A DNA stretch of 40,778 nt. Origin: a virus (lineage: Duplodnaviria > Caudoviricetes). Both the position numbers and the translations under genes were made by a program. The DNA is taken from positions 1-40,778 of IMG/VR virus record IMGVR_UViG_3300033145_002495; one strand, 5' to 3'. Position 1 is the stretch's first letter. Each line of letters begins with the position of its first letter. Under the pieces are notes generated by a model, which searched no databases, was not told where the DNA came from, and saw only the letters and a list, made by a program, of their open reading frames with translations. This document shows positions 16,313 through 27,029 of this stretch, in pieces.

Positions 16313-18031
16313 ATGGCGATTGTTAATCCCCTTATACAAAAAAACTTAACGGAGGAACAATTGAAAGATTACATAATTCAAAAAGATTCTGATTTAGAAA
16401 CCGATTACAACGAAAGAGTTAATGGAATTGATAATGTAACTGGCACTGGTAAGAAAATTGCCGGCTATACTAATTTAAGAGAATTTTTTGAAGGAGACCA
16501 TTGGTCTTATTTGAAGGATGATGGCACCCCTACCAGAGTTTATAATTACTGCCGAACTACAGTTTTAAACTATACATCTTTTTTGTCTAACGAACCTCCG
16601 GAAGATGATGTTCCGCCCAGAGATAATTTGGACGAAATAGAGGTTGCAAGGGCTGAAGAAGTAGAAAAGTTATTAGAAGCAATCAAATTAGACAATCAAT
16701 TTCCAGTAGTTTTTGCTGAAGCAGTTCAAAATCAGTCGTTGCTGGGCGACTGTTTTATTTTTGGTCCTTATATTGAATGGGGGAAAATTGGCGAAAAAAA
16801 AGTCCCCAGAATTAGATTTAAAAACATTAAAAGAATTGAAAATGTTAGAGTGCTTTGGTCAGACGAAGATTACAATGAGATGGAGGGATTTATTCTATAT
16901 TACCGGGTTTCTACCAAAAGAGCAGAAAAAATTTATCAGAAGCAGATGAAAGAAAGAGGAATTTCTTCTTTATCTCCTAATGAACCCAGAAATTATCAAA
17001 GAACAACCGGTTATCCAATGACTACAATAAAAATTTACTGGGATGAGACTTATATGCTGGCGATGGCTGACGAAAGAGTTTTGGATTTTGTAATTCATAA
17101 CTGGGGATTTGTTCCGGGACTTATGGTTAAAAATATTCCTCATCCAACCAGAGCTTGGGGGGTTTCTGATATTGAAGATATGCTTGATGCTCAAGTAGAA
17201 TATAACGAAGCAGTTTGTGCTACCAGAGGAAAAATTAATCAAGTAGCAGTTCCTCATATTTTTTATTCTGGGGAAGGAGAACCAACAGAATACCACGCTG
17301 GTCAGGCAGAGATGATAAAACTTGGACCAGAGGATAAAGTTTGGCCCGACCCAATGGGTCAATCTACCGCTCCTTTTGATGCTTATATTACCAACCGGAA
17401 GCACGATATTCATCAACTTTCAATGATTTCTGAAATTTTTTATGGTGGGGCTATGACTGCTAAAGCAACTGGTAGAGCTTTGTCAGTTTTAATGCAGGGA
17501 GTTAATAACAAAGTTAAATATAAGCAACAATACTGGAAAATTGCTCTTCAGAAATTAAATGCCAATATTTTAAAATTAGTTGAAATTTATATTCCTCAAG
17601 GCAAACTTTTAATTCAGGGATATTATCATACAGATATTTTCTTTCCTTCTATTCTTATCCGAAATGTTACTGAAGAAATCAATAAATTCAATATGAAACT
17701 TCAATCGCAATATACTACAATGAAAAATCTTGGTATTCCTTCTCCGAAAGAAGAACAGAAAGTGATGAAACGAGAATGGAGTGATATGGATTTGGCGATT
17801 GAAATTTCCCGAAGTCCTCAACTTAGAATGCAATTACAGCAGATGATAGCCGAAAGTATAAAAGCTCAAACTCAACAGCAACAGCAACAGCAACCGCAGT
17901 TGACTGAAGCTGAGGGGGGAGCAGAAAGAACCAAAGAAGAAGAATTACCGATGTCAGCTCCCAAAGCTCCTCAACAAGCACCTGTTTCTCCAGAAGGAGC
18001 AGTGGCTTTAAAGGGAACAAGGGGAACATAA
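16313..18031 (+). CDS. Portal protein
   Basis: Follows terL, 572 aa; YNYC, HNWGFVP, WGVSDIEDMLDAQVEYN and TGRAL portal-like motifs; Q-rich tail. Confidence 0.85.
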   Translation: MAIVNPLIQKNLTEEQLKDYIIQKDSDLETDYNERVNGIDNVTGTGKKIAGYTNLREFFEGDHWSYLKDDGTPTRVYNYCRTTVLNYTSFLSNEPPEDDVPPRDNLDEIEVARAEEVEKLLEAIKLDNQFPVVFAEAVQNQSLLGDCFIFGPYIEWGKIGEKKVPRIRFKNIKRIENVRVLWSDEDYNEMEGFILYYRVSTKRAEKIYQKQMKERGISSLSPNEPRNYQRTTGYPMTTIKIYWDETYMLAMADERVLDFVIHNWGFVPGLMVKNIPHPTRAWGVSDIEDMLDAQVEYNEAVCATRGKINQVAVPHIFYSGEGEPTEYHAGQAEMIKLGPEDKVWPDPMGQSTAPFDAYITNRKHDIHQLSMISEIFYGGAMTAKATGRALSVLMQGVNNKVKYKQQYWKIALQKLNANILKLVEIYIPQGKLLIQGYYHTDIFFPSILIRNVTEEINKFNMKLQSQYTTMKNLGIPSPKEEQKVMKREWSDMDLAIEISRSPQLRMQLQQMIAESIKAQTQQQQQQQPQLTEAEGGAERTKEEELPMSAPKAPQQAPVSPEGAVALKGTRGT

Positions 18032-18032
18032 T

Positions 18033-19664
18033 ATGGCAATAATTAGGGTAAAAGAATTTACAATAGATTTAGGGGAAATTGTCAAGGCACGACTTGATAG
18101 TTTTGTCTTTTCCAGAAAAAGAATCCGGGCATTGAGAGAATCTGAGTTTCAAAGAATGATTGTTGATAATGATTTGTCATTTCAAGAACAATTAGATTAT
18201 AGAAAAAGGCAATTAGAAGAAGAACAAGGGAAATCATATCCTGATAATGAGTTTATTGATGAAATTAAGAGTTCTATTACTGTTCTTAAAAAATTAGTAA
18301 GACAACGAAAGTATAGAGATAAATATTTTACTTTTTTACAGGAAATGGCTTCTGGTAAAAAAACTTTAGAAGACCATTTAGAATATCTTCAGAATGAATT
18401 GGAAAATGCTTTTGATAGAGATACCAGAGACCAAATTCAAGAACTTATTATTAAAGCGACTGAGGCTAAAAGAGAACAAGACAGAAAAATTATTGACTCT
18501 CAAATTGCTTTTAACCGAAAAGACAGAACTGCTAAATCTTTGAACGAAGCAATTGATTTAGTTAAAACTCAATTAGCTAAACCTGAAATTCAGAGGGATA
18601 ATGCTTTAAGAACTTCTTATCAACAACAATTAAGAACTTTGGAAAAAGAAAAATTAGAGGTTGAGATAGAAGATAAATTAAATTGGATGGCAGTTAGTTT
18701 GGTAAGTGAGGATAGAAAAAATCCTTCTTTATGGAAATTAGAAGTATTTTCTGGATTTAGAGATAAAGCTGGGACTGATTTGCCAGTAAATATTGGAGGA
18801 GTAAGATATAATTCGGCAAAAGAGTTCTGGCAGACTACTTTGAATAATTACATTCAAACTGATTTTGTGAATGAATATATTAAAGAAAATAAAACCGAAG
18901 CTAATGTGATGTGGAATCAATTAGGATTGCTTCCCCAGACTTATTTACAAAATTTAGTTAGCAAAAATCAAACTTTAAAAAATCATCCAGATTTGAGAGA
19001 TTTTCAGCAAACTATTTCTTTGGCAATTCAAGATTCAGTGAGTAATGCTTTAACTTTAAAATCTAAAGATTTAACTGCTAAATATTATTTGGATAAACCA
19101 GACCTTGCTACTGAAAAAGATTACCAGAAAGCTAAACAGGAATTGGAAAATCTTAAAACTTTATTTGGGACCGATTATTCTTTATCCCCAGAAATTACTC
19201 AACTTGAAACTAAATTGATAGAAAAACGAGTTAAAATGACTGAAGAAGCTTTAAGGACAGCTAAGGAATATGCTGAAGCTGAGGGAATTTCAGTAGAGGA
19301 AGCATTAAAGAAATACGGACCGACAGCAACCGTAGAAGTTGAAGCTAAAACTTTCAAAGAAAAGAAACCAACGGAAGTTGCGGAAGAATTGATTGAAAAA
19401 GAGAAAGAAAAAATAGAAAAAAAACCAGAAGCTTCACCAGTTTCAGAAGAAAAGACAGAAGAAAAGGTTGAAGTCCCTCCAACTACTACACAACAAAATA
19501 TTCATATTGTCAAGCAGGGAGAAACTTTATGGAGTATTGCCCAAGAGCAGTTAGGGGCAGGGGAAAGATGGAAAGAATTAAAAACCCCAGAGGGGAAAAT
19601 GTTTACCGAAGAAGAAGCCAAAAAACTACGAGTTGGGCAGAAATTGATAATTCCTTCAAAATAA
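18033..19664 (+). CDS. Helical virion (ejection-like) protein with C-terminal LysM domain
   Basis: HIVKQGETLWSIA...LRVGQKLIIP is a LysM domain. Confidence 0.75.
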   Translation: MAIIRVKEFTIDLGEIVKARLDSFVFSRKRIRALRESEFQRMIVDNDLSFQEQLDYRKRQLEEEQGKSYPDNEFIDEIKSSITVLKKLVRQRKYRDKYFTFLQEMASGKKTLEDHLEYLQNELENAFDRDTRDQIQELIIKATEAKREQDRKIIDSQIAFNRKDRTAKSLNEAIDLVKTQLAKPEIQRDNALRTSYQQQLRTLEKEKLEVEIEDKLNWMAVSLVSEDRKNPSLWKLEVFSGFRDKAGTDLPVNIGGVRYNSAKEFWQTTLNNYIQTDFVNEYIKENKTEANVMWNQLGLLPQTYLQNLVSKNQTLKNHPDLRDFQQTISLAIQDSVSNALTLKSKDLTAKYYLDKPDLATEKDYQKAKQELENLKTLFGTDYSLSPEITQLETKLIEKRVKMTEEALRTAKEYAEAEGISVEEALKKYGPTATVEVEAKTFKEKKPTEVAEELIEKEKEKIEKKPEASPVSEEKTEEKVEVPPTTTQQNIHIVKQGETLWSIAQEQLGAGERWKELKTPEGKMFTEEEAKKLRVGQKLIIPSK

Positions 19665-19665
19665 T

Positions 19666-21051
19666 ATGCCAACTTTTAATTTAACACCAATTTTATTTCC
19701 TAAACCAAAGAAAGATGAACTTTATGATATGCTTAAAGATTTGCTTGATGTCAAGGAAAGAGAAATGGCAATTGAGCAAGGGGGAGAGATTTTTAATCCT
19801 GCCAGTTATAATCTTTTGATTAAACAATGGGAACAGATTGCCAATGACCCAACTATTTCTGAAAACAGAAGGAGGGATGCCCGGAAAAAAATAAAAGATT
19901 TGGAGATTAAACAAATTAAAACTGAACTGGACAGAAAGAAAGAAATAGATTCTGGAGATTTAAGGCAATCAATAGAACAGGATTTAAGGGAATTAGAATT
20001 TGAATTTCCTGAAAATCCCATTGCTTATGCTACCGGAGCTTTAAACAAATATCAGGATGTTCTTTACGGGACTGATGACAAAATGGGTCTTTATGATTTG
20101 ATTGATGTTTTACAGAATCATTATGTTGATACTACCCAATTAGAAAGTTTTAAAATGGAAGCAGAGGAAGAATTAAATAAATATGCTGATATTCTTGATG
20201 CTTACGAAAGAGGAGATATGAGTCGGTTGAATGAATATGCGGTTCTTTATACTCCTCACGCTGGTAGAACTAAAGCAATGAGGATTATCCATAAGGGTTC
20301 TACTGACCCTTCTCATTCGCAACCAACCAATTTGAAATTCTCCAGAGGCACAGCAGGGAATTTGCTTACTGTGAGTGATGAAAATGATGGATTACAAATT
20401 TATCTTATTAGAGCTAATGCAATTGCCGGCGATAAGTATATTTTTGGTAATTCTGAATTTGAATATGAAGGAATGGGGGGAAGATGGGTAGTTTCTAAAC
20501 CAGAATTATTTGATTTCAAAAGAATAAAACATTCTCCGCTTCACGCTTTGCCATCTGGAAACTTTGTTAAGGATTCTAAAGGTAGATTATTTTATGTCAA
20601 TCAGGATAGAACTTTTAGCCCGATTAAAAATGAAAAATGGAAAGAAGAATTAGGTTTTCAAGAAGATAAAGTTTATCATTTGAGTCCGAGTGAAGAAATT
20701 AATACTTTACCCGGAGCTACAATCAATATTCCATTACCAATTATGGAACGCTACAACCGAGAAGCTGAAACTTCTAAGTTTGATATGTGGCAGGCATTTA
20801 AGGAAGAATGGGGTAAAACTTGGTTGGAAAGAATTCCAGCGGGGATAGAAAGATTTGAAAAAGAGATTAAAACTGGATTGCCTTCTGTTCGGGCTTTTCA
20901 TAGAGAGGCATTAAGGAAAGCTGAAGAAAGAAGGAAAAAAGAAATAAAAAAAGAAGAACCGAAATGGGGATTATCTGAATTGGAAACGCCTTCTTTATTG
21001 GAAGCAGGAAAGAAATTTATTAAAAAATTAACACCTCAAATTCCTAAATAA
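19666..21051 (+). CDS. Putative internal virion or ejection protein
   Basis: 461 aa, between two other large helical proteins. Confidence 0.55.
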   Translation: MPTFNLTPILFPKPKKDELYDMLKDLLDVKEREMAIEQGGEIFNPASYNLLIKQWEQIANDPTISENRRRDARKKIKDLEIKQIKTELDRKKEIDSGDLRQSIEQDLRELEFEFPENPIAYATGALNKYQDVLYGTDDKMGLYDLIDVLQNHYVDTTQLESFKMEAEEELNKYADILDAYERGDMSRLNEYAVLYTPHAGRTKAMRIIHKGSTDPSHSQPTNLKFSRGTAGNLLTVSDENDGLQIYLIRANAIAGDKYIFGNSEFEYEGMGGRWVVSKPELFDFKRIKHSPLHALPSGNFVKDSKGRLFYVNQDRTFSPIKNEKWKEELGFQEDKVYHLSPSEEINTLPGATINIPLPIMERYNREAETSKFDMWQAFKEEWGKTWLERIPAGIERFEKEIKTGLPSVRAFHREALRKAEERRKKEIKKEEPKWGLSELETPSLLEAGKKFIKKLTPQIPK

Positions 21052-21052
21052 A

Positions 21053-24000
21053 ATGCCTTTTACAGAGGAGGAAAAAAATAGATTGAGAGAGTATTCCAAA
21101 GAAATAATGGGAGGTAGGGTATTGCCTGAAGTTTCTACTCCTACGGTTACGGTTGAAAGACCAAGACGAGAACCAGAAGGAGTTTTACTGAAAGTTCTTG
21201 ATTATGCTGTTAGACCGCTGTATGCTTCGGCTGCTTTTTCTAAAGCAATAGTTGAGAATAAAACATTGGAAGATGCTTTGAAAGCATCTATTAGAGGTCT
21301 TACTGGACAAGAAAGAGTTTTTTATAGTGATGTTTTAAAATCAGCAGGGGTAAAAAATAAGTATGTTAGAGCCGTTGCTGGGTTGGCTTTGGATATTGGA
21401 TTAGACCCTGTTACTTATTTGACTTTGGGAGCTGGAGCTGGGGCAAAGTTGGGTTTAACAACTTTAAATAAAACTGGAAGGATTGTTTTAACCAGAACCC
21501 TAAGAAGACAGTTGCCAAAATTAACAGAAAGAAATATGGCAGTTGTTGCCAATCGCAGAATTGCTGAACAAATGGCGAGAGAATCTATAGAGGAAGGAAT
21601 TTTGAGAATGGCTTTAAAGGAACCCCAAAAATATATTTCAGAACCTGCTCTTAGAATTTTTGGTAAAAAAATCCCAATAGTTTCTGATGTTTTTATTACT
21701 GCTACAAAAATGGTAGCACCGAAGGTCGGTAAAATTCCGGGAATGAAATTCGTAAGAGAGCAACCAATGAGGTGGTTTGGAGAAAAGTTTATAGGAGATG
21801 AATATATTATTAAGCACGCTAAAAACCTGACTATTGAACAGAAAAATTTATTAATGCTTTCTCGTCAGCAAACCAGAGCCAGAACACTTTTAGGCGGAGA
21901 ATTAGCAATAGAAAAATCCCTTCAGATAGCTGAACAGATTCCTAAAGTTGCTGATAGGGAGTTGATTGCTCACGCTATTGAGAAAGTTGGGAAAGGAATA
22001 AAGGTTCCGGTAGTTAAAGGCATTCCTAAAGAACTTAAGCCATTAGCAAGAGAGGCGAGGAAGTATAAGAGTGCGAAAGAATGGTGGAAAAATATGAATA
22101 ATGAGACGAGAGTATATGTTTATGAAAAATTAGGATTGGGAGCAAAATTTGGAGAGCGAAATATTGATTGGGTAAAAAGATTAGACAAGGGAATATCTGA
22201 TTTTTACAACCAAGCAGTTAAAGGAGCAAAAGCAGTCGGTGTTCCAATGAAAAAAGCTACTTATGCGGATTTGTTGCCAGAACATTTAATAGAAAAAGCC
22301 AAAGAGGTAGAAAGGTTTATTTTCAAAGAAATTACTGAACCAGAAGCTCAGCAAGGATTATTAACAAGTTTCCGGAAAGGATATGTCCCTCATCATTACA
22401 AAGAAAGAATGGCTGGAATTTTAAGTAGAGATATTCCTCATCCAGTCATTGCCCGAAATCGTTTTGGTAGGACAAGAATTTTTAATACTTTGGAAGATGC
22501 TATAAAAGCTGGGTGGCAACCGATTGAAGATATTGCTGTTTCTCTTGGGTTAAGAAATGCTTACTCAAAAAGAATTATTGCGATTGACGATTATGTCCAA
22601 AAGATGCTTTCTACTGTTGCCATTCCTCTTTCTAAAAAATCAGTAGAATGGAAAACAATGGTGAAAATGGGACGAGTGCCAGAGGGAATGGGAATATATA
22701 TTCCCAGAGGGGCAGCCAGATTTTATCCCCTATACAATTCATCAAAAAAGACAACTATCCAAATTGGGAATGCTAAAGCTATTAAAAAATTATTCAAAGC
22801 CGAAGGAACTGGAGGATTTTACGGAGGCGAGTTATTAAAAGAATTGAGATTAACTCCAGTTAGGACTGCTTTCAAAGTTTCCGATGATATTCCAGTTTAT
22901 CTTTTACCGAAAGAAATAGCAGATATGATGAATGCGATTTCTCCTTATATGACCAGAGAGGTAGGCAGGGTGGATATGATGAAATACTTTGATGCTGGGT
23001 TAAATCTCTGGAAAGCATCTGTTACTTCTTGGTGGCCGGGTTTCCACGCCAGAAATGCTATGTCAAATCTTTGGCTTGCTTTTTTGGGCGGATTGAAAAA
23101 TCCAGTCAGATTTTATGATTCTGCCCGACTTCAATGGTATGCTCATCAAGTTCAGAAAGGAAGAAAGCCAGCAGATTTTGTTATTAGATTAGGTGGAACA
23201 AATTACAAAGCATCTCAATTAGTTAAATACGGAAAAGAAACTGGAGTATTGTATCGTGGTTGGTTTGGAACAGAATTAGGAAAAAGTATAGAACAAGAGA
23301 TTATGCTCCGAACCGGAATTAGACCACGATTAACTGGCAAACAAAAAGGATTAGAAACAGCCAGAACTTGGGCTTTAGAAAAACCAAGAATGGCAGGGAC
23401 GGCAGTAGAAAATAATGCTCGGCTTGCTTTATTTTTAGACCAGTTAGACAAAGGAATTGATATTGGTTCAGCAGCGAGGCACACTAAAAAATTCTTATTT
23501 GATTATGGGGAATTGACTCAATTTGAAAAAAAAGTAATGAGAAAATTATTTCCATTCTATACTTGGATTAGAAAAAATCTTCCTTTGGAAGTTGAGATGC
23601 TTTTTAGGCAACCGGGAAAGTTCGGAGGAATTAAAAAAACTCAAGAGGAATTTGAAAGTTTGTCAGAAAGACCAGATGAAAAATATTTGCCAGACTGGAT
23701 GCGAGAAAAAGAATTATTTGTTAGGTTGCCAGCAGAGAGTAAAGATAGACCTCTTTATATGAATTTTGATTTTGCCTTTCAAGATTTAGCCAGATTAAAT
23801 TTAGCTAACCCAGATGTTTTGAGAGAATGGTATGGATTTTTAAGACCTGACTTAAAAGCTATTACTGAAATTCTGACAAATTACAATATGTATTTTGGAA
23901 GAAACATTGTTGACCCGAACCTGCCAGAGGAGGTAAAATTTAGAAAAATATTGAAAGAGGAACTTTTGAGCAATATGAGAATTACTGGATATTATCGCAG

Positions 24001-24163
24001 AATGACTAAAGAAGATGTTGGAAAAATTCCTAAAATTTTAGATTTTGTTTTGGGGTTAAAGCCCTATCCGTATGACGAGGTAAAATCAAGGTATTGGTAT
24101 CATAGAAGAAAACAAGCTGAGCAGAGAGCTTTAAGAAAAGAACAACTAAAAAAGAAAAAATGA
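21053..24163 (+). CDS. Large internal virion or DNA-ejection protein
   Basis: 1036 aa; LDIGLDPVTYLTLG, PGFHARN, ENNARLALF and FDYGEL...FPFYTW motifs seen in podovirus ejection proteins. Confidence 0.7.
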   Translation: MPFTEEEKNRLREYSKEIMGGRVLPEVSTPTVTVERPRREPEGVLLKVLDYAVRPLYASAAFSKAIVENKTLEDALKASIRGLTGQERVFYSDVLKSAGVKNKYVRAVAGLALDIGLDPVTYLTLGAGAGAKLGLTTLNKTGRIVLTRTLRRQLPKLTERNMAVVANRRIAEQMARESIEEGILRMALKEPQKYISEPALRIFGKKIPIVSDVFITATKMVAPKVGKIPGMKFVREQPMRWFGEKFIGDEYIIKHAKNLTIEQKNLLMLSRQQTRARTLLGGELAIEKSLQIAEQIPKVADRELIAHAIEKVGKGIKVPVVKGIPKELKPLAREARKYKSAKEWWKNMNNETRVYVYEKLGLGAKFGERNIDWVKRLDKGISDFYNQAVKGAKAVGVPMKKATYADLLPEHLIEKAKEVERFIFKEITEPEAQQGLLTSFRKGYVPHHYKERMAGILSRDIPHPVIARNRFGRTRIFNTLEDAIKAGWQPIEDIAVSLGLRNAYSKRIIAIDDYVQKMLSTVAIPLSKKSVEWKTMVKMGRVPEGMGIYIPRGAARFYPLYNSSKKTTIQIGNAKAIKKLFKAEGTGGFYGGELLKELRLTPVRTAFKVSDDIPVYLLPKEIADMMNAISPYMTREVGRVDMMKYFDAGLNLWKASVTSWWPGFHARNAMSNLWLAFLGGLKNPVRFYDSARLQWYAHQVQKGRKPADFVIRLGGTNYKASQLVKYGKETGVLYRGWFGTELGKSIEQEIMLRTGIRPRLTGKQKGLETARTWALEKPRMAGTAVENNARLALFLDQLDKGIDIGSAARHTKKFLFDYGELTQFEKKVMRKLFPFYTWIRKNLPLEVEMLFRQPGKFGGIKKTQEEFESLSERPDEKYLPDWMREKELFVRLPAESKDRPLYMNFDFAFQDLARLNLANPDVLREWYGFLRPDLKAITEILTNYNMYFGRNIVDPNLPEEVKFRKILKEELLSNMRITGYYRRMTKEDVGKIPKILDFVLGLKPYPYDEVKSRYWYHRRKQAEQRALRKEQLKKKK

Positions 24164-24261
24164 GAGATATTTTAGATTTAATAAAAGAATATTTTCCAGC
24201 TATCGCAATGATGGTATTCTGGACTTTATTAACAGCTTTACTTCTGTTGTATTTTGACTAA
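24160..24261 (+). CDS. 33-aa single-pass membrane micro-protein MRDILDLIKEYFPAIAMMVFWTLLTALLLLYFD
   Basis: ATGA overlap with the upstream stop; hydrophobic stretch. Confidence 0.5.
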   Translation: MRDILDLIKEYFPAIAMMVFWTLLTALLLLYFD

Positions 24262-24262
24262 T

Positions 24263-24424
24263 ATGGCTTTAGAATCATCAAAAGGAGCTCCAGCTTACAA
24301 TATTCCTTTAGCAGTCAAGAAAAAAAGCTGGGCTAAAAAAAGAAAAATGAAAAGAAGGAAAAAGAATCCTTTGGGATTGTCTAATGACTTAATGAAAATT
24401 TACAAAAAAAACTTGACAGAATAA
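24263..24424 (+). CDS. 53-aa basic micro-protein MALESSKGAPAYNIPLAVKKKSWAKKRKMKRRKKNPLGLS...
   Basis: Starts 1 nt after the upstream stop. Confidence 0.55.
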   Translation: MALESSKGAPAYNIPLAVKKKSWAKKRKMKRRKKNPLGLSNDLMKIYKKNLTE

Positions 24425-24431
24425 TAATTTT

Positions 24432-24923
24432 TTGTTATGGGAAAATAATATGGCAAATTTCTACAAAAGTTTATTTGGAAAAAAAGGACAAAAAATAATT
24501 CAAGAGGTGATTAAGGAAGCAACAAAACCCTTAAAGGGAGAGGCGTTAGAGAAAGCGGTAATGAGCTCTCGTTATAAATTGGGCAAAAAGTCGGCAGGCG
24601 AGATAGGAAAATATTTAAAGGTGCGACCTTCCGTTGTTAAAAAGATATTAAAAAAATATAAGGTTTCGGGAAGGGGATTTGCTCGTGTTGGTGTTTTGGG
24701 AACATTGGGTGCTGGAGCTGCGGTTGTGGCTGCTTGGGCTCCTGTGGCTAAAGAATTGGGAGAATATTTGGGAACGAAGCTGGAAAAAAGAAAAATAAAA
24801 AAACAAAGACAGCGAAAATTACTCTTAAAGAAAGTAGAGGAATTTAAGAAAGTTAAACATCATTTTCCAGAAGAAACTCAGCAGAGAATCTATAAAGATA
24901 TTTTGAAAAAATATTGGAAGTAA
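24432..24923 (+). CDS. Basic protein with a Gly/Ala hydrophobic segment (likely start MANFYK)
   Basis: VGVLGTLGAGAAVVAAW segment in a K-rich protein. Confidence 0.6.
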   Translation: MLWENNMANFYKSLFGKKGQKIIQEVIKEATKPLKGEALEKAVMSSRYKLGKKSAGEIGKYLKVRPSVVKKILKKYKVSGRGFARVGVLGTLGAGAAVVAAWAPVAKELGEYLGTKLEKRKIKKQRQRKLLLKKVEEFKKVKHHFPEETQQRIYKDILKKYWK

Positions 24924-24973
24924 ATTACAAATTAATATGCGGGTTCTGAAACAATAAGGAATTCGTAAAAACA

Positions 24974-25666
24974 ATGGCAAATGAAGCCACTACTTCCACT
25001 CCCGATAAAGAGGAAGTTACCCCTCAAGGGAGCAAGGAAGCAATTACTTCGGAAAAGCCGAAAGGAGAGTCAACTCCTCCTGCCGAAGAAAATAAAGAGG
25101 TAACAGAGTTGAAGGGTAAGGTTGAGACCCTTGAAAAACAGCTTAAAGAAGCACAAATGCTTCAAAGTCAAGCTGATAAGAAACGAAAAGCGGAAGAAAA
25201 AGCCAGAAAAAAACTGGAAGATAAATTAGAGAGAATTAGGTCTGGAGAAATCAGTGTTGAGGAAGAAATTCCTGAAGGAGAGTCATCCGAAGATAAAGAA
25301 ACCCGATTACAAGTGAGGATTGCTGTCCAAAATCTTATTTTGGATAATCCTGACTATCAGGAACTTCTTAAACAGGATATAACCCTGAAAGAAGTTATTA
25401 GAAACAATCCTTTAGCTTTAGTCGGAGAGTTTCTTGATGCTGAGGATGCGGTAGAACAGATAAGAGATAAGTTAGAACAAAGAGTTTCTTCTTTGAAAAA
25501 ATCTCAACCTATAAAAGAAGAAAAAAAGGAAGAAGAACCTCCAGAATTTGAACCCGGACCTGTTCAACCTCCAGAAACTTCAGAAGTTCCTCCCAAGGAG
25601 AAAACTCCTAAATCTCTGGATGAAAGTTTAGAAGAGTCTATTAAAGGGAAAATCAAATTCACATAG
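24974..25666 (+). CDS. Capsid scaffolding protein
   Basis: Acidic coiled-coil protein directly upstream of the capsid gene. Confidence 0.75.
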   Translation: MANEATTSTPDKEEVTPQGSKEAITSEKPKGESTPPAEENKEVTELKGKVETLEKQLKEAQMLQSQADKKRKAEEKARKKLEDKLERIRSGEISVEEEIPEGESSEDKETRLQVRIAVQNLILDNPDYQELLKQDITLKEVIRNNPLALVGEFLDAEDAVEQIRDKLEQRVSSLKKSQPIKEEKKEEEPPEFEPGPVQPPETSEVPPKEKTPKSLDESLEESIKGKIKFT

Positions 25667-25732
25667 GGTTTAGGTCGTTTCTTCCTTTTAGTTATTTCCT
25701 CCAATAACTTATTATTAAATTGATTTCTTATT

Positions 25733-26899
25733 ATGGCTTTAAGTGCTGCAAGTGGTGCTGCTGCTTATAGCATTGCGAGTGCTGTCAAAAAGCTGGATTT
25801 GTCAGAGGAATTAGCTGAAATTATCCGAACTGATAATACTGCTTTACTCCAAAGGGTTGGAGCGGGTGGTTGTGTTGCTACTCAGCTCAAACACACTTGG
25901 CCGGAAGATAAATTAAATCCTAATACTGCTACTTTGACAGAAGGAGCTGAATTAAGTGCTGATGATACTACTATTACTGTGGGAAGTGGTGAGGGAACCA
26001 GATTTAAGGTTGGAACTTTGTTTAGGTTTAACGAAAGGAACAAAACCGAAGTTTGTAGAGTAACTGCGGTTTCGGGTGATAACTTGACTGTGGAAAGAGG
26101 ATACGGTTCTACTTCTGGCGAAACTCACGCTGACGGGACAACCATAATGATTATTGCTCACACCAAACAGGAAGATTGGAAACCTAATCAGGAAGATTGG
26201 ACTCAGGAAAGAACCGGTCCGTATAACTACTTGACTTTAATGGGTTATGGAATTGCCATTACCCGAAGGAGACAAGCAGTTAGCCACGCTGGTGTTCCTT
26301 CTGAGTTTGCTCACCAATCAGCTTACAGATTGAAAGAGTTTATGAGACAGCTTGATAGCTCAATCATTAACTCTATTCGTTCTGCTTCTGAAGGTGGAGC
26401 TGCTGATTATTCCTCAATGGGTGGTTTGATTGAATTTGTTTCTCAAACAGGCGGTAATACTACTACCACTGCCGAAACTCTTACTCCTGCTGTTCTTAAC
26501 GCAATGATAAAACAGATTTGGGACGATGGTGGAATGGTTGCTGGTGGTAGATTAGCTGTTATTGTCGGTGGGGTTCAAAAAAGGAAGATTTCTGCTTTTG
26601 ACCAAGCATACCGAAGAATGGATTTTGAATCCAGAGCTGCCGGTTATGTTGTAGAAAGATTTCTTTCTGATTTGGGCTTTGAATGTGAAATTGTTGTTGA
26701 CCCTTGGGTTCCTGATGACACTTGTATTGTTGGTGATTTGAACCGATTAAAAGTTGGTCCTCTTACTGGTGAGGCAGTCGGTTTGGAAGATATTGCTAAA
26801 ACTGGAAGATTGATTGAGGCGATGCTTTCTGGTGAATATACTTGTGAGGTTCGTAATGCTACTGAAGCTTTTGCCATTCATACAAATTTAGCCAGCTAA
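25733..26899 (+). CDS. Major capsid protein (HK97 fold, DUF5309-like) with an inserted beta domain
   Basis: KLDLSEEL, HTWPEDKL, SMGGL, SDLG, IAKTG and GEYTCEVRN motifs; position after scaffold. Confidence 0.88.
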   Translation: MALSAASGAAAYSIASAVKKLDLSEELAEIIRTDNTALLQRVGAGGCVATQLKHTWPEDKLNPNTATLTEGAELSADDTTITVGSGEGTRFKVGTLFRFNERNKTEVCRVTAVSGDNLTVERGYGSTSGETHADGTTIMIIAHTKQEDWKPNQEDWTQERTGPYNYLTLMGYGIAITRRRQAVSHAGVPSEFAHQSAYRLKEFMRQLDSSIINSIRSASEGGAADYSSMGGLIEFVSQTGGNTTTTAETLTPAVLNAMIKQIWDDGGMVAGGRLAVIVGGVQKRKISAFDQAYRRMDFESRAAGYVVERFLSDLGFECEIVVDPWVPDDTCIVGDLNRLKVGPLTGEAVGLEDIAKTGRLIEAMLSGEYTCEVRNATEAFAIHTNLAS

Positions 26900-27029
26900 T
26901 TATGGTTGGTTTTTGTTTTTGCTTTTTCCTTGTGAAGCTTATGGGTTAGGGGTTATCCTTGCTTGAAATCATAGCTAAAAACCCCAATTAAAAGGTCGCT
27001 GATTACAAATTTAATTCTCTGATACAAAA

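Noticed and set aside
24413-24441. Promoter before the scaffold and capsid genes
   Set aside because: TTGACA is present but the -10 at 17 nt (TATGGG) is poor
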